This document shows, in pieces, positions 29,764 to 39,305 of a DNA stretch of 48,898 bases (position 1 is the stretch's first letter; each line of letters opens with the position of its first letter). The position numbers were made by a program, and so were the translations under genes. Under the pieces are notes generated by a model. That model was not told where the DNA came from, did not search any database, and saw only the letters and a list, made by a program, of their open reading frames with translations. The stretch is from Verrucomicrobiota bacterium (GTDB lineage: Bacteria > Verrucomicrobiota > Verrucomicrobiia > Limisphaerales > SXQI01): NCBI GenBank assembly GCA_033762115.1, contig JANRLX010000011.1:1-48898 (forward strand), written 5' to 3'.

Positions 29764-30204
29764 TCACCGACAGACGGGACCACCAAAAGAGAAATGAATG
29801 CCGAAACGTGGGCGTGGGTGATGATAATGCCTGTGATGGCGCACGATCATGGGAGGTTGATGAACAATGATCGGAGCCGATTCCACGATCACCGGGGGAT
29901 GCTGAACATAAACGGGCTGATGAACCACGACCGTTTGCGGCTGGGTATAGTAAACCGGTTTCTGCACCACCACCGTTGCAGGTTGGTGATAAACGACTGG
30001 AGGTGGCGGAGTGACGACGACCGGGGCCGAGTGGTAAACGACAGGAGGCGGAGGAGAGAACGATTTGGCGAGCACTGCACCCACAGCAACTCCGGTCAGG
30101 ACCTTGCCTGCGGTGGCCCATTCACGATCTCCAGCCCTGCCTGCGGGGGCAAGAAAACTGAAGGTGAGAGCGGTCGCTGCTGCGATCATTATCGAACGTT
30201 TCAT
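29764..30204 (-). CDS. Secreted Pro/Val-rich hypothetical protein
   Basis: Signal peptide, GDREWATAGKVLTG, repeated PVVY/VVHQP units; followed by a terminator. Confidence 0.75.
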   Translation of the reverse strand: MKRSIMIAAATALTFSFLAPAGRAGDREWATAGKVLTGVAVGAVLAKSFSPPPPVVYHSAPVVVTPPPPVVYHQPATVVVQKPVYYTQPQTVVVHQPVYVQHPPVIVESAPIIVHQPPMIVRHHRHYHHPRPRFGIHFSFGGPVCR

Positions 30205-30295
30205 AACAGTTCTTTCTATTGTCCATGAGACGGGGCGGATTGTTTTTTATTCAGCAGTGCGGTATTAGTGAATCCATAGACGTGAAGGAACAGAA

Positions 30296-31246
30296 GTGAA
30301 CAGCGATTCAGGTTCAGGATCGACAGGGGCCTCTCCGCGCCCACCTCGCAAGCGCCGCATCCCGCGCTCGTTCAAGGAGTTGACACCGAGCAATCATTTC
30401 AATCCCCGCACCTTTTTCATGGAGATGGTGTGGAAGGGGTGGATGACCAAACGATCCGGCGAATGCCTGCGCCCTGAATTTCCAAATTTGATCGATGGCC
30501 AGGTGGCGCTGACATGGATTGGCCATGCCTCATTTCTGGCGCAATGGAATGACCTGAACCTGTTGATCGACCCGAATTTTGCCAATTGGATTTTTTTGCT
30601 GAAGCGGTTGCGGCATGCAGGAGTGAAAGTTTGTGATCTGCCAAAAATTGATGTGGTGCTGATCACGCATGCGCACTTTGACCATTTCGATCCTTCGAGC
30701 ATCAGGAAACTTCCGAAATCCTCCCGCATTGCGGTGGTGCCGTGGGGAATGGGCGATCTGGCTGATGGCCTGGGTTTTGAAGAAGTCGTGGAACTGCAAT
30801 GGTGGGAGACGTTTGAAGTGAAGAATTACAAAATCACGCTGACGCCTTCAAATCATTGGGGAGCACGAATGATCCATGATGAGCATCGCGGCTACGGCGG
30901 CTATTGCATTGAACATCAGGGAAGGAAAATTTACCACGCTGGCGACAGTGCCTACAGCGATTGCTTCAAGGAAATCGGCAAACGGATCAATCCTGAAATT
31001 GCGTTACTGCCGATCGGGGCCTACTATCCGGATTCATTCCGGCATGTTCACATGGGACCGGATGAAGCAATCAAGGTTTTCAAGGACCTGAACGCGAAAT
31101 TGCTCATCCCGATGCATTACGGAACGTTCAAGCTGAGTTTCGAAGCGATGGATGAACCGCCGCGCTGGCTAAAGCAACTGGCGCAGGCGGAAGGCATTTC
31201 CAACCAGGTGCGCATTTTGCAGGAAGGTGTTCCTGAAATTTTTTGA
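30296..31246 (+). CDS. MBL-fold metallo-hydrolase (NAPE-PLD/RomA-like)
   Basis: TWIGHASF, THAHFDH, HWGAR, HAGDS, LPIGAY, PMHYGTF. Confidence 0.9.
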   Translation: MNSDSGSGSTGASPRPPRKRRIPRSFKELTPSNHFNPRTFFMEMVWKGWMTKRSGECLRPEFPNLIDGQVALTWIGHASFLAQWNDLNLLIDPNFANWIFLLKRLRHAGVKVCDLPKIDVVLITHAHFDHFDPSSIRKLPKSSRIAVVPWGMGDLADGLGFEEVVELQWWETFEVKNYKITLTPSNHWGARMIHDEHRGYGGYCIEHQGRKIYHAGDSAYSDCFKEIGKRINPEIALLPIGAYYPDSFRHVHMGPDEAIKVFKDLNAKLLIPMHYGTFKLSFEAMDEPPRWLKQLAQAEGISNQVRILQEGVPEIF

Positions 31247-31274
31247 GTCCCGGAACCCGGCGGAAGCAAACGGC

Positions 31275-34200
31275 TCACGGCGACTCAACGATGCGATAGA
31301 AGCGGTCGCTGCTGCCGAGGGTGCGATTGAAAATCACGGTTGAATTCGTGGCGGTTACATCCTCTCCATCCGCTTCCCAATCAGCAGCGGCAAGATCAGC
31401 CCTGCTTTCAAGACGGTAGGTGCGGCCAGCAACACCAACGCAGCTGATCGTGATATTGTTATCATTCCGGACGATGGCTGCCTTCAAATCCGCAGCAACG
31501 ATGATCGTGAGAGTTTCCTCCACAAAATTTTGCGGCGAACCGCTGTCGCGCAGGCGAACGGAAAAACTGTTTGTTCCGATATCGGCGGCCGAGGGGGTCC
31601 AGACAAACATTCCCGTGGAAGCATCGATGGACGCGCCTGCGGGAGCATTCACGAGGCTGTAGGTCATTAACTGCTCGGGAAGATCGGGATCAGTGCCCTG
31701 CATTTGCAGAGTGAATTCGGAACCCACATAAATGGTATGTTCGGGGGGAAAGGTGAGTTCAGGTGGTGAATTCACTTCGCTGACAAAAATGGTGAAATTT
31801 TGTGATGCGCTCATCTCAGGATCGCCATTGTCAGTGACCCGAACGGTCACAGTGTAATTGGCTGGACCCTGGGATTCAGTGGGTATCCATGACATGACAC
31901 CAGTAGAGGGATTGATGCTCAACCCAGACGGAGCGCCAGGATCGAGGCTGAATTGCAGCACCTGATTGCCTGAATCGGAATCAGTGGCGCTGACGGTTTC
32001 GGTAAAGAGGGTTCCTTCCACGATGGTCGCGCCGTTGATTGGCTGGACGGTCGGCGGGTTGTTCATTTCAAGCACGGTCAAGGTCACTGAGGTGGTGCTG
32101 CTCATTGCGGGTGATCCATTGTCCGTCACCCGAATGGTGATGGTGAAAACGCCCGGTCCATCAACTTCCGCCGGGGTCCATGTGAGCAACCCGGAACTGG
32201 CATTGATGAGCATGCCGGAAGGCGCTCCCGGTTCGAGTGAATAGGTCAGCTGCTGGGCTGGCAGGTCACTGTCCGAGCCTTCTGCGATGATGGAGAACTG
32301 TTGTCCTTCGCTGATGGAGCGGTTGGCGATTGGTTGAAGCAGCGGGGCTGTGTTGGAAGCAACGAGAGGGCTGTTGGATGCCCTGGGTGTGATGTTGGTA
32401 AGGGTCTGGATTGTTTGGCTTCCATCAGGAAACCGGCCCTGGGTGACATCCGTGGATTGTGCGGCGAATGTGACGGAATCCACGAGCGAGCGATCAGGAG
32501 CAAACAGGGCGATGGTATCGCCACTCTTGCTCAAGCCAAAATTGACGTGCAAATCAGTGGCTCCCGCTGGATTTTCGCTGTCCGCCCAGACGAGCAGAAA
32601 CCCACGGGCAGGAATGATGGTCCCCATCGGGATGACGGATTGAGTGGAATTTGTCAAATTATCAGCAAGCGCGTAACCGGTAAGGTTCACGTCATTGGTC
32701 GTGGGATTGTAAAGTTCAAACCAGTCTTCAAACCCGCCATCAGTCGGGTCGGCAAGGGAGTTCAAATTATCTGCCATCCATTCGTTGATGCGAATTTCCA
32801 CAGGCGGGAATGTTGGATCGTTGGGCTGTCCAGCGGTGACGACAGGGAATTGCCGGCGGCCAGAAACAGCGCCGTCTGGATAAGAGCCGGAGGAACGACC
32901 CGGCACAGTGATGGAATAACTCAGGTAATCCACAATGGTTTCGAAGCCGCTGCCTCGGGTGAGCAGGATCGAACCGGACTCTACCGGCACCCTGAAATTC
33001 GCGTGGAACTCGCTGCTGTTGGACTCCGAAGTTTCTCCATCCAGGAAAACCACCAGAAATTGACCGGGAGCAATCGTGGCATTGGCAGGGAACGGCCATT
33101 GCGTCAGGTTGGTAAAATTGTTGGCGAGGAAATAGCCGGAAAGGTCAATGGAGTTGGTCCCTCCATTATAGAGTTCCACCCATGGCTCACGTTCGTTGAA
33201 CCGGTCGGTGATGCCGGTGAGGTTTGTGGAGAGCAGTTCGTTCAGCCACAGTTTGGGGAAAGCGGGAATATCATCTCGGGTGGAGTTCACGAAACCGGGA
33301 GTCGAGGAAGCAACGGAGTTGTACTCGACGTCAAGAGTCATGCCAAAGACGATGTCGCTGCTGCCTGCTCCTGCCTGGCGCGCTGTCACTGCAATGGTGT
33401 TCTCCCCAACAACGAGGTCTCCCGCAGGCAAAATGGAAGGACCCTCATAGGCAGCATCTCCGACCGAACGATTGGCGGGAGTGGTCGCCCCATAATCTCC
33501 AGGAGGCATTCCGATCCGCAACAGTTCCTTCCCGTTGAGATAAATGACCGCGCCATCATCCAGCACAGTGGAAAGCTTGAGCACAGCGCCAGCCCTGGTT
33601 CCATCAAAGGTAAATTTTTTCCGGAAATAGTAGGCTGTGCGGCCAAGCGTCAGCGGTGTATTTTTCGGCGCGGGGAGAGCGGCTTCCTCAACATAGAGCA
33701 ACCCCGCCCCGGAGGACCAGTCTGCGTCATTGAACCCGGGGGCCACCCAATCGAGTGTTGAAAAATTGGCCGTTTGATTATAGCGCCAGACATCGTTGAT
33801 TTTCACGAGGGACACCGAGCCTGTGTTCGGCGCGTTTGTGATGACCCCCCAGTTCGCCACCCGGTTGTTGTCCTCGGCAGCATCGATCAACTGGAGAGAA
33901 GCGCCTCCCCCGTCAGCACCTGATGGCCATGGGAGGTCGTTGTCGAACCTAACCTGATCGATCAGGTTGGTCGCCGCATCATAAAGGGACAATGTCTCAC
34001 CTTCATTGCTGAGCTCACCCGAAAATTCTCCAATGACAGGCAGGTTCACGCCATAGGCGGAACGGAAGGAAAATAAATCACGCACCAACAGAATGTAGGC
34101 ACCCGGTTCAATCAGCGTGCCATTGGGAAAGAGGAAACTTGCCCCATTAAGCCGCCATGAGGTCAGGTCAAAAACATTGAATTGGGAACGATTGTAAATT

Positions 34201-37200
34201 TCAACGTAAGAGGAGCCGGGAGCGACAGGGTTATACATGATTTCATTGATCACGATACTGTCCTCCGCTCTGTCCAGGGAGCCGGTGAAAGTGACATTGA
34301 GGGTGCCGTTGACTGAGGAGAGAAGTTTTCCTCGGGAATCAATGCCTGTAAATTGGAGTGTGTTTAGTCCCACTCCGAGTGGCAACCGGACAGACCATGT
34401 GGTGCGAGTGGTCCAGGTAATCGGATAAGCGACTCCATTGACCAGAAGCGTGCGCATTTCGAGAGGAGCCCTCCCGGTCAGCGTGACCAGGTTCCGGTTC
34501 GTGCTGAATGGCTGACCATTGTTGGAGAGAATGGCAAAGGTGGTATTCGCGGCGGCAGCCTGTGTCAGAATAAAATTCCGGCGCGTCTGGATAAAGTCCT
34601 TGATCCAGTCCGCGCTTCCCACATCCGCGCCACCACTCCTCATTCCGTTGTAGCGGGCATCAAGAATGGGGTTGGAACGTTCGGGGGTCATGAAGGTGTT
34701 GGCTGCTTCGAGCAACGCCTGCCAATAGATACGGTTGAAGGAGGGATGGTCATTTCGGGGCCCATGTTCAGCGCCGCCTATGCCGAAAAGGTTCGGGTCC
34801 TCCGGGTTGCCGCCGAACGCAAAATCGATATCCCACAGAAGAAGCTTCCAGGTGTCTTCCACCGGTTTATAGGCGAAGGCATTTTGCCCTCCTCCATACG
34901 AGAAGCTGTCCGGATTATTATAGAGATGCTGAGTCACATGCACCTTGAACCATTCCTCAACATCCACGAGGTTGGTCAGGGCTGTTTCATAAGCCTGGGA
35001 ACCAATCGGGGCATTGGTCAGCACGGTATTGACCAGGTCGTATATTCCAGTGAAGTCGTTCAACTCCTGGACAGTCGAGGAGCGGCGTTGCCAAGTCTGA
35101 CGGTAGCGCGCCTGCTTCATCACTCCGCCAGTGGTGGTGTAACGATTAAGGTCTGCGCCAACGACAGAAAAACCAGCCTCATTGGCGCCGGTCACTGTAT
35201 TTCCAAACTCGAACCCGAGCTGAATCTTGTGCAAATCGCCATCAGCATCGTCCGGATACCATTGATTAATGAAATCGCCATTCGGTTGTTGCGCATCATG
35301 AAACACCGTTTCACGACGGTTTCCATTCACAAAAACAAACACCGGACGGTGATAAAGGAATGGAATCCCAAACTGCGCACCGAACCAGTAGCCGTGCAAT
35401 TCAGTCTGCGCAGTGCCGTCACCGCCACCATTACCGGGACGGAACAAATTGATATCAGTTTCGCCAAGCAACAGGTCATCTTCTGGAAAGCCCAGATCGT
35501 AATCACATTGAGAGCCATCGGGCGAATCGTATGAGGGGGAGTGATATGGGCTGCCATGAAACCAGCCTCCGGCATTGTAGATAACGCGGTGTGATCCGTA
35601 GATGAAGGTGATGTCTTTTGGACGGTTGCTCATCTTCTCTTCCGTGCGCCAGCGATTGATATTCGTTTGGGAAATCCAGAAGCGATACGTGCCCAACCAA
35701 CCGGGAGCCGCCGGTTCGCCCCAGCGGATCAGACACTCCCGAACCGGGGCATCGTTGGGAAACCGGGATGAAGCGGGGGTTTGATGATTATCCAATCCTT
35801 CAATATAAAACGCTGCCAGTGTGCCTGCTGGGTGACCGGGTAACAGAGCGGAATAAAGACCTGCCCCGTTATTGACCATGGGAACAATGGTAAAATTGGT
35901 TGCGGGATCGAGGCGATAATTCAAGGTCAGATAAGCCAATCGGTCAGGATCCTGGACCTGGGCGACCACGCGAACAGCCTGCCCTGCATTAGGCAATGGG
36001 GGATCATGACGCACTGCGGAAATTGCGGGACCCACGTTTTGGGCGACGGCTGAGTTGATTGCGCCAGGAGTTCCCAGGTTCGAGGCGGCAAGTATAAAGC
36101 CGGGAGCTTCCAGCCAGTTGCCTCGAAGGCGGAGCAGGAGATTCGGATTGCCTTTCAACCAACGAACCCTCGCGCGAAGTGTAACGGTTGTGCCTGGCTG
36201 TAATGTCGTTGAAAGCTGGGTCCGAATTCGATTGGCACCGGTATCCCCCTGTCCCACCGTTCGGATATGCAATGATCTTGAACTGTTAAATCCCTGGGAG
36301 GTTTCAAGTGAGGTTTGGTTATGATTTCCCTGGGCAATCCATTCGTTACTTCCAGATTCAAATGTGCCATTTGAAATGACATTCCCGCTTCCCGCCGGGA
36401 TGACTTCCACATTGTCGATCAAGGCCTCGCCTGCGCCCAGCAAGGTGACATGAAGCTGGTTTGCGTCCGCCCAGCCATTGTCCATAACACCGGTGGCTTC
36501 CACGGTCACCCATGGACTTTTGTTCGATTCATCGCTGTCCGCCCAGTTCGGGGCAAGACGGTTGTCAGCGCGAGGATCCCTGAGTTCAAGGCTGCTGCCT
36601 CCGCCACGGGCCCAACTGCCCCAGCGCCCACCGGGACCATAAGTCACCTCATCAATCGGGATATGGATCGTGTCTGATACGACGACACCGGAATTATTGG
36701 TGCTGAAAACCTTGTCAGGCATTGTCAGTTCAATCCGTTCGCCCCCGTTTCCGAGTGCCCCTTCAAAACCACCAATCGTGTTTGCCAGAGTCAGGTTCGG
36801 GTAATTCGTGCGCAGCCTTGCGGGATTGCCGGCGATCACCAGATAGCCATTGGCCGGAATGATCGTGTTTGTTGGAAAGGTAAAGGATACAGCATCACGC
36901 AAACGCCAGCCGCTGAGATCGATCGAATTATTGGAGCGATTAAAAAGCTCCACGTACTCGTCGTTAGGATCATTGCTCATTGGATCGAACATGATCTCGT
37001 TGATGATGATTGCATCCTGCCGGGGCGAGCTGTTGCTCGCGGCAAGAGTCGGGCTGGCAAGACGCGTCACGCTCGGAGCCCCGTCCGGGACTCTGCCGGA
37101 AGAAACCCCATTTTCCTGCGCTCCGAAGTTCAACGCTTCAATCACCCTTGATTGAGGATCCTTGAAGAAGATGGTTTCACCGGCAGACGAAAGGGCAAAC

Positions 37201-39089
37201 CCAAGCTCCGTTTCGGTAAATGCCAGAAAACCTCCCGCCGGGATCACTGTGCCCGCCGGGATCACAAACCTGGGCAGTTCTGTATCATCTGACAAAATGC
37301 ATCCTGCAAGATTAACGGAACTGGCTCCGTAATTATAAAGTTCGATGAAATCGACCTGCGGGAGATCGGTATGGGCGAGGAATTCATTGATTACGACTGA
37401 CCGGTAGGGAGAAAGCAATGTGGGATCAACCGTTCCAGGTGTTCCTCCCAATTGCGAGCTGGCACCCCAGGCTCGCGCATCCCCTGCCCCGTAACTTGGG
37501 CGAAGCAACACAAGCGAGTGCCCTGCCCCATCCGCCGCGGGTGGGTAGGGAGGCTGATCGCTGTACTCCATTTCAAAAAAGATCGCCCCTTGCGAATTCC
37601 GCAGGCGCACCGTTCCACCGCTGTTCGGAAGAGTATCGGCATTGGCAAAAGGGCCGACCACATTGGTCGCTGAGGTGTAAACTGATTTAAAATCGGCAGG
37701 GTTCGCCGCAACGATGATATATCCCCGGGAAGGTAGAACAGTATTTGTTGGAAATGTGTATGCGATATCACCGCTCAATCGCCACCCACCCAATTCTTCG
37801 AACCAGGGCTGGGTATTGTAAATTTCTATGAACTCAAGATTTTTACCATCCACTCGATTGGTGGGGTGGTACATGATCTCGGAAATAATGACACCTGCCC
37901 GGCGGGTACTTGGTCCCAAAGGTTCCCGAGGAAGGCCAAGATAAGAAATATCGATGGGTGATACCTGGACGATGAATGTCCTTTCGCTGTTGGACGCAAT
38001 GGTATTCGGTGCGCTGGCGCGGTCCCGAACATTGTTGACTGTGAGGGTCTGGGTTTGCCCAAGCGGGATATTGGCAGCAGTGGTTAAAACAACCGTTCTC
38101 GGATCAGTCCCGAAAGCCGCGCGGGTCACTCCGATCCCGCCAGAGATGGAATAATTTTGTGCATTCAAGGCAGTCGCAGCCTCCACCGGTTCAGAAAAAA
38201 CAACGAAAATGACGTTCGGATCGCCGAGACTTCCGACGGTGTTGATGGTGGGTGGGGTGGTATCAGCCAGCACAGTCAGGGTGGCTGTTACACTGTTGGT
38301 GCTTCCACTTGAGTTCGCAATCGCGCAGCGAAAGGTGGCCTGGTCGTCAATCAAGGCAACGGGTCCAAATGAATAGGTCGAATTGGTTGCACCATTAATG
38401 ATTGTATTGCCACGAAACCATTGGAAAGAAGCGCCGAGGTTCCGCGATAACCGAACTGTGAAGGAGGCATGTGCCCCTTCCACAACGGTTTGGTTGCCTG
38501 GCTGTTGCGTGATGAGAGGTGGTCCGAGTCCATAAGGCTGTAGTCGATTCCCCGGGATTGGCTCCTCGATCAATGTGTTGGGCAATTGCCACCGCACAGC
38601 CAGGTTATCCCCTCCTCCACCCTCTTTTTGCAGGGCTTCAATATAATACTTTTTCCCTGCCTGCAAAGGTATTGGCGCTGATTGCTGGGACGGCTCCTTG
38701 TTCCATTCCCTGGAAGCGGTCCAGCTTGAGACAGAGGCAATTTGTCGCCGCGTGCCTGGATTTTCATCAGTGCTCAGGAATAAGGCTCCATTATCATCGC
38801 TGGAAATCCAAAAGGTATAATTGCCGGTCATCGGGGCGGTAATCAATGCCCGCATCCGGGTGCCGAAACTCTCCTCAATATTCTCGGGTGCCTCAAAAAG
38901 GGGTTCTACCGATTCAAAGGAGGGACTGTCAGGAAAGGTGGGGCTATTGGTCAGCTCGCTGATGGAATTGCCTGGAATACCAAGGTACACCTCGCGTAAG
39001 ACTCCATTCGCCTGCGCATGACTGGTGGGCAAACAATTCAGCAACAGGATTAAAAGAACTCCGGCAATACGATTCAATGACACTTCCAT
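31275..39089 (-). CDS. Giant secreted multidomain protein: PA14, Ig-like, six lamin-tail domains, CotH-type kinase, cadherin/He_PIG-like repeats, C-terminal FYR domain
   Basis: Signal peptide from M at 39089; PA14 (SSDDNG, KEGGGGD); INEI/NEF lamin-tail starts; CotH-like N.D...N and LWDIDFAFG; N.PP/N.AP repeats. Confidence 0.85.
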   Translation of the reverse strand: MEVSLNRIAGVLLILLLNCLPTSHAQANGVLREVYLGIPGNSISELTNSPTFPDSPSFESVEPLFEAPENIEESFGTRMRALITAPMTGNYTFWISSDDNGALFLSTDENPGTRRQIASVSSWTASREWNKEPSQQSAPIPLQAGKKYYIEALQKEGGGGDNLAVRWQLPNTLIEEPIPGNRLQPYGLGPPLITQQPGNQTVVEGAHASFTVRLSRNLGASFQWFRGNTIINGATNSTYSFGPVALIDDQATFRCAIANSSGSTNSVTATLTVLADTTPPTINTVGSLGDPNVIFVVFSEPVEAATALNAQNYSISGGIGVTRAAFGTDPRTVVLTTAANIPLGQTQTLTVNNVRDRASAPNTIASNSERTFIVQVSPIDISYLGLPREPLGPSTRRAGVIISEIMYHPTNRVDGKNLEFIEIYNTQPWFEELGGWRLSGDIAYTFPTNTVLPSRGYIIVAANPADFKSVYTSATNVVGPFANADTLPNSGGTVRLRNSQGAIFFEMEYSDQPPYPPAADGAGHSLVLLRPSYGAGDARAWGASSQLGGTPGTVDPTLLSPYRSVVINEFLAHTDLPQVDFIELYNYGASSVNLAGCILSDDTELPRFVIPAGTVIPAGGFLAFTETELGFALSSAGETIFFKDPQSRVIEALNFGAQENGVSSGRVPDGAPSVTRLASPTLAASNSSPRQDAIIINEIMFDPMSNDPNDEYVELFNRSNNSIDLSGWRLRDAVSFTFPTNTIIPANGYLVIAGNPARLRTNYPNLTLANTIGGFEGALGNGGERIELTMPDKVFSTNNSGVVVSDTIHIPIDEVTYGPGGRWGSWARGGGSSLELRDPRADNRLAPNWADSDESNKSPWVTVEATGVMDNGWADANQLHVTLLGAGEALIDNVEVIPAGSGNVISNGTFESGSNEWIAQGNHNQTSLETSQGFNSSRSLHIRTVGQGDTGANRIRTQLSTTLQPGTTVTLRARVRWLKGNPNLLLRLRGNWLEAPGFILAASNLGTPGAINSAVAQNVGPAISAVRHDPPLPNAGQAVRVVAQVQDPDRLAYLTLNYRLDPATNFTIVPMVNNGAGLYSALLPGHPAGTLAAFYIEGLDNHQTPASSRFPNDAPVRECLIRWGEPAAPGWLGTYRFWISQTNINRWRTEEKMSNRPKDITFIYGSHRVIYNAGGWFHGSPYHSPSYDSPDGSQCDYDLGFPEDDLLLGETDINLFRPGNGGGDGTAQTELHGYWFGAQFGIPFLYHRPVFVFVNGNRRETVFHDAQQPNGDFINQWYPDDADGDLHKIQLGFEFGNTVTGANEAGFSVVGADLNRYTTTGGVMKQARYRQTWQRRSSTVQELNDFTGIYDLVNTVLTNAPIGSQAYETALTNLVDVEEWFKVHVTQHLYNNPDSFSYGGGQNAFAYKPVEDTWKLLLWDIDFAFGGNPEDPNLFGIGGAEHGPRNDHPSFNRIYWQALLEAANTFMTPERSNPILDARYNGMRSGGADVGSADWIKDFIQTRRNFILTQAAAANTTFAILSNNGQPFSTNRNLVTLTGRAPLEMRTLLVNGVAYPITWTTRTTWSVRLPLGVGLNTLQFTGIDSRGKLLSSVNGTLNVTFTGSLDRAEDSIVINEIMYNPVAPGSSYVEIYNRSQFNVFDLTSWRLNGASFLFPNGTLIEPGAYILLVRDLFSFRSAYGVNLPVIGEFSGELSNEGETLSLYDAATNLIDQVRFDNDLPWPSGADGGGASLQLIDAAEDNNRVANWGVITNAPNTGSVSLVKINDVWRYNQTANFSTLDWVAPGFNDADWSSGAGLLYVEEAALPAPKNTPLTLGRTAYYFRKKFTFDGTRAGAVLKLSTVLDDGAVIYLNGKELLRIGMPPGDYGATTPANRSVGDAAYEGPSILPAGDLVVGENTIAVTARQAGAGSSDIVFGMTLDVEYNSVASSTPGFVNSTRDDIPAFPKLWLNELLSTNLTGITDRFNEREPWVELYNGGTNSIDLSGYFLANNFTNLTQWPFPANATIAPGQFLVVFLDGETSESNSSEFHANFRVPVESGSILLTRGSGFETIVDYLSYSITVPGRSSGSYPDGAVSGRRQFPVVTAGQPNDPTFPPVEIRINEWMADNLNSLADPTDGGFEDWFELYNPTTNDVNLTGYALADNLTNSTQSVIPMGTIIPARGFLLVWADSENPAGATDLHVNFGLSKSGDTIALFAPDRSLVDSVTFAAQSTDVTQGRFPDGSQTIQTLTNITPRASNSPLVASNTAPLLQPIANRSISEGQQFSIIAEGSDSDLPAQQLTYSLEPGAPSGMLINASSGLLTWTPAEVDGPGVFTITIRVTDNGSPAMSSTTSVTLTVLEMNNPPTVQPINGATIVEGTLFTETVSATDSDSGNQVLQFSLDPGAPSGLSINPSTGVMSWIPTESQGPANYTVTVRVTDNGDPEMSASQNFTIFVSEVNSPPELTFPPEHTIYVGSEFTLQMQGTDPDLPEQLMTYSLVNAPAGASIDASTGMFVWTPSAADIGTNSFSVRLRDSGSPQNFVEETLTIIVAADLKAAIVRNDNNITISCVGVAGRTYRLESRADLAAADWEADGEDVTATNSTVIFNRTLGSSDRFYRIVESP

Positions 39090-39305
39090 AATGACGACGA
39101 TCCAGGCTTCATCTCGTGAAAGCAGGATTAACACCAACCTTCAACAGAGCGCAAAAGCGATAAAAAGAGGAATACGTTAGCACAAAATCGTTGTTATGCA
39201 GCAATCATGCAAGGAATAGATGAAAAGTGATTGCCTGATACCCGGCACTTTTTTACCGTGGGAGAAACACCCGAGCGCCTTGCAGGGGCTTTTTCTTAAG
39301 TTGCT

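Noticed and set aside
29725..30228. 167-aa plus-strand ORF
   Set aside because: Antisense shadow of the Pro/Val-rich gene, which has the signal peptide and a matching terminator
32301..35534. Long antisense ORFs (486 aa at 32301-33761, 262 aa at 34746-35534)
   Set aside because: Shadow frames of the giant minus-strand gene with no protein-like motifs; the same applies to 3865-4590, 10788-11675 and 42036-42944
39230..39305. Riboswitch upstream of the nucleoside permease
   Set aside because: A promoter-like TTGCCT...TACCGT leaves only a short leader, with no match I can see to purine, ZTP or other aptamer consensus
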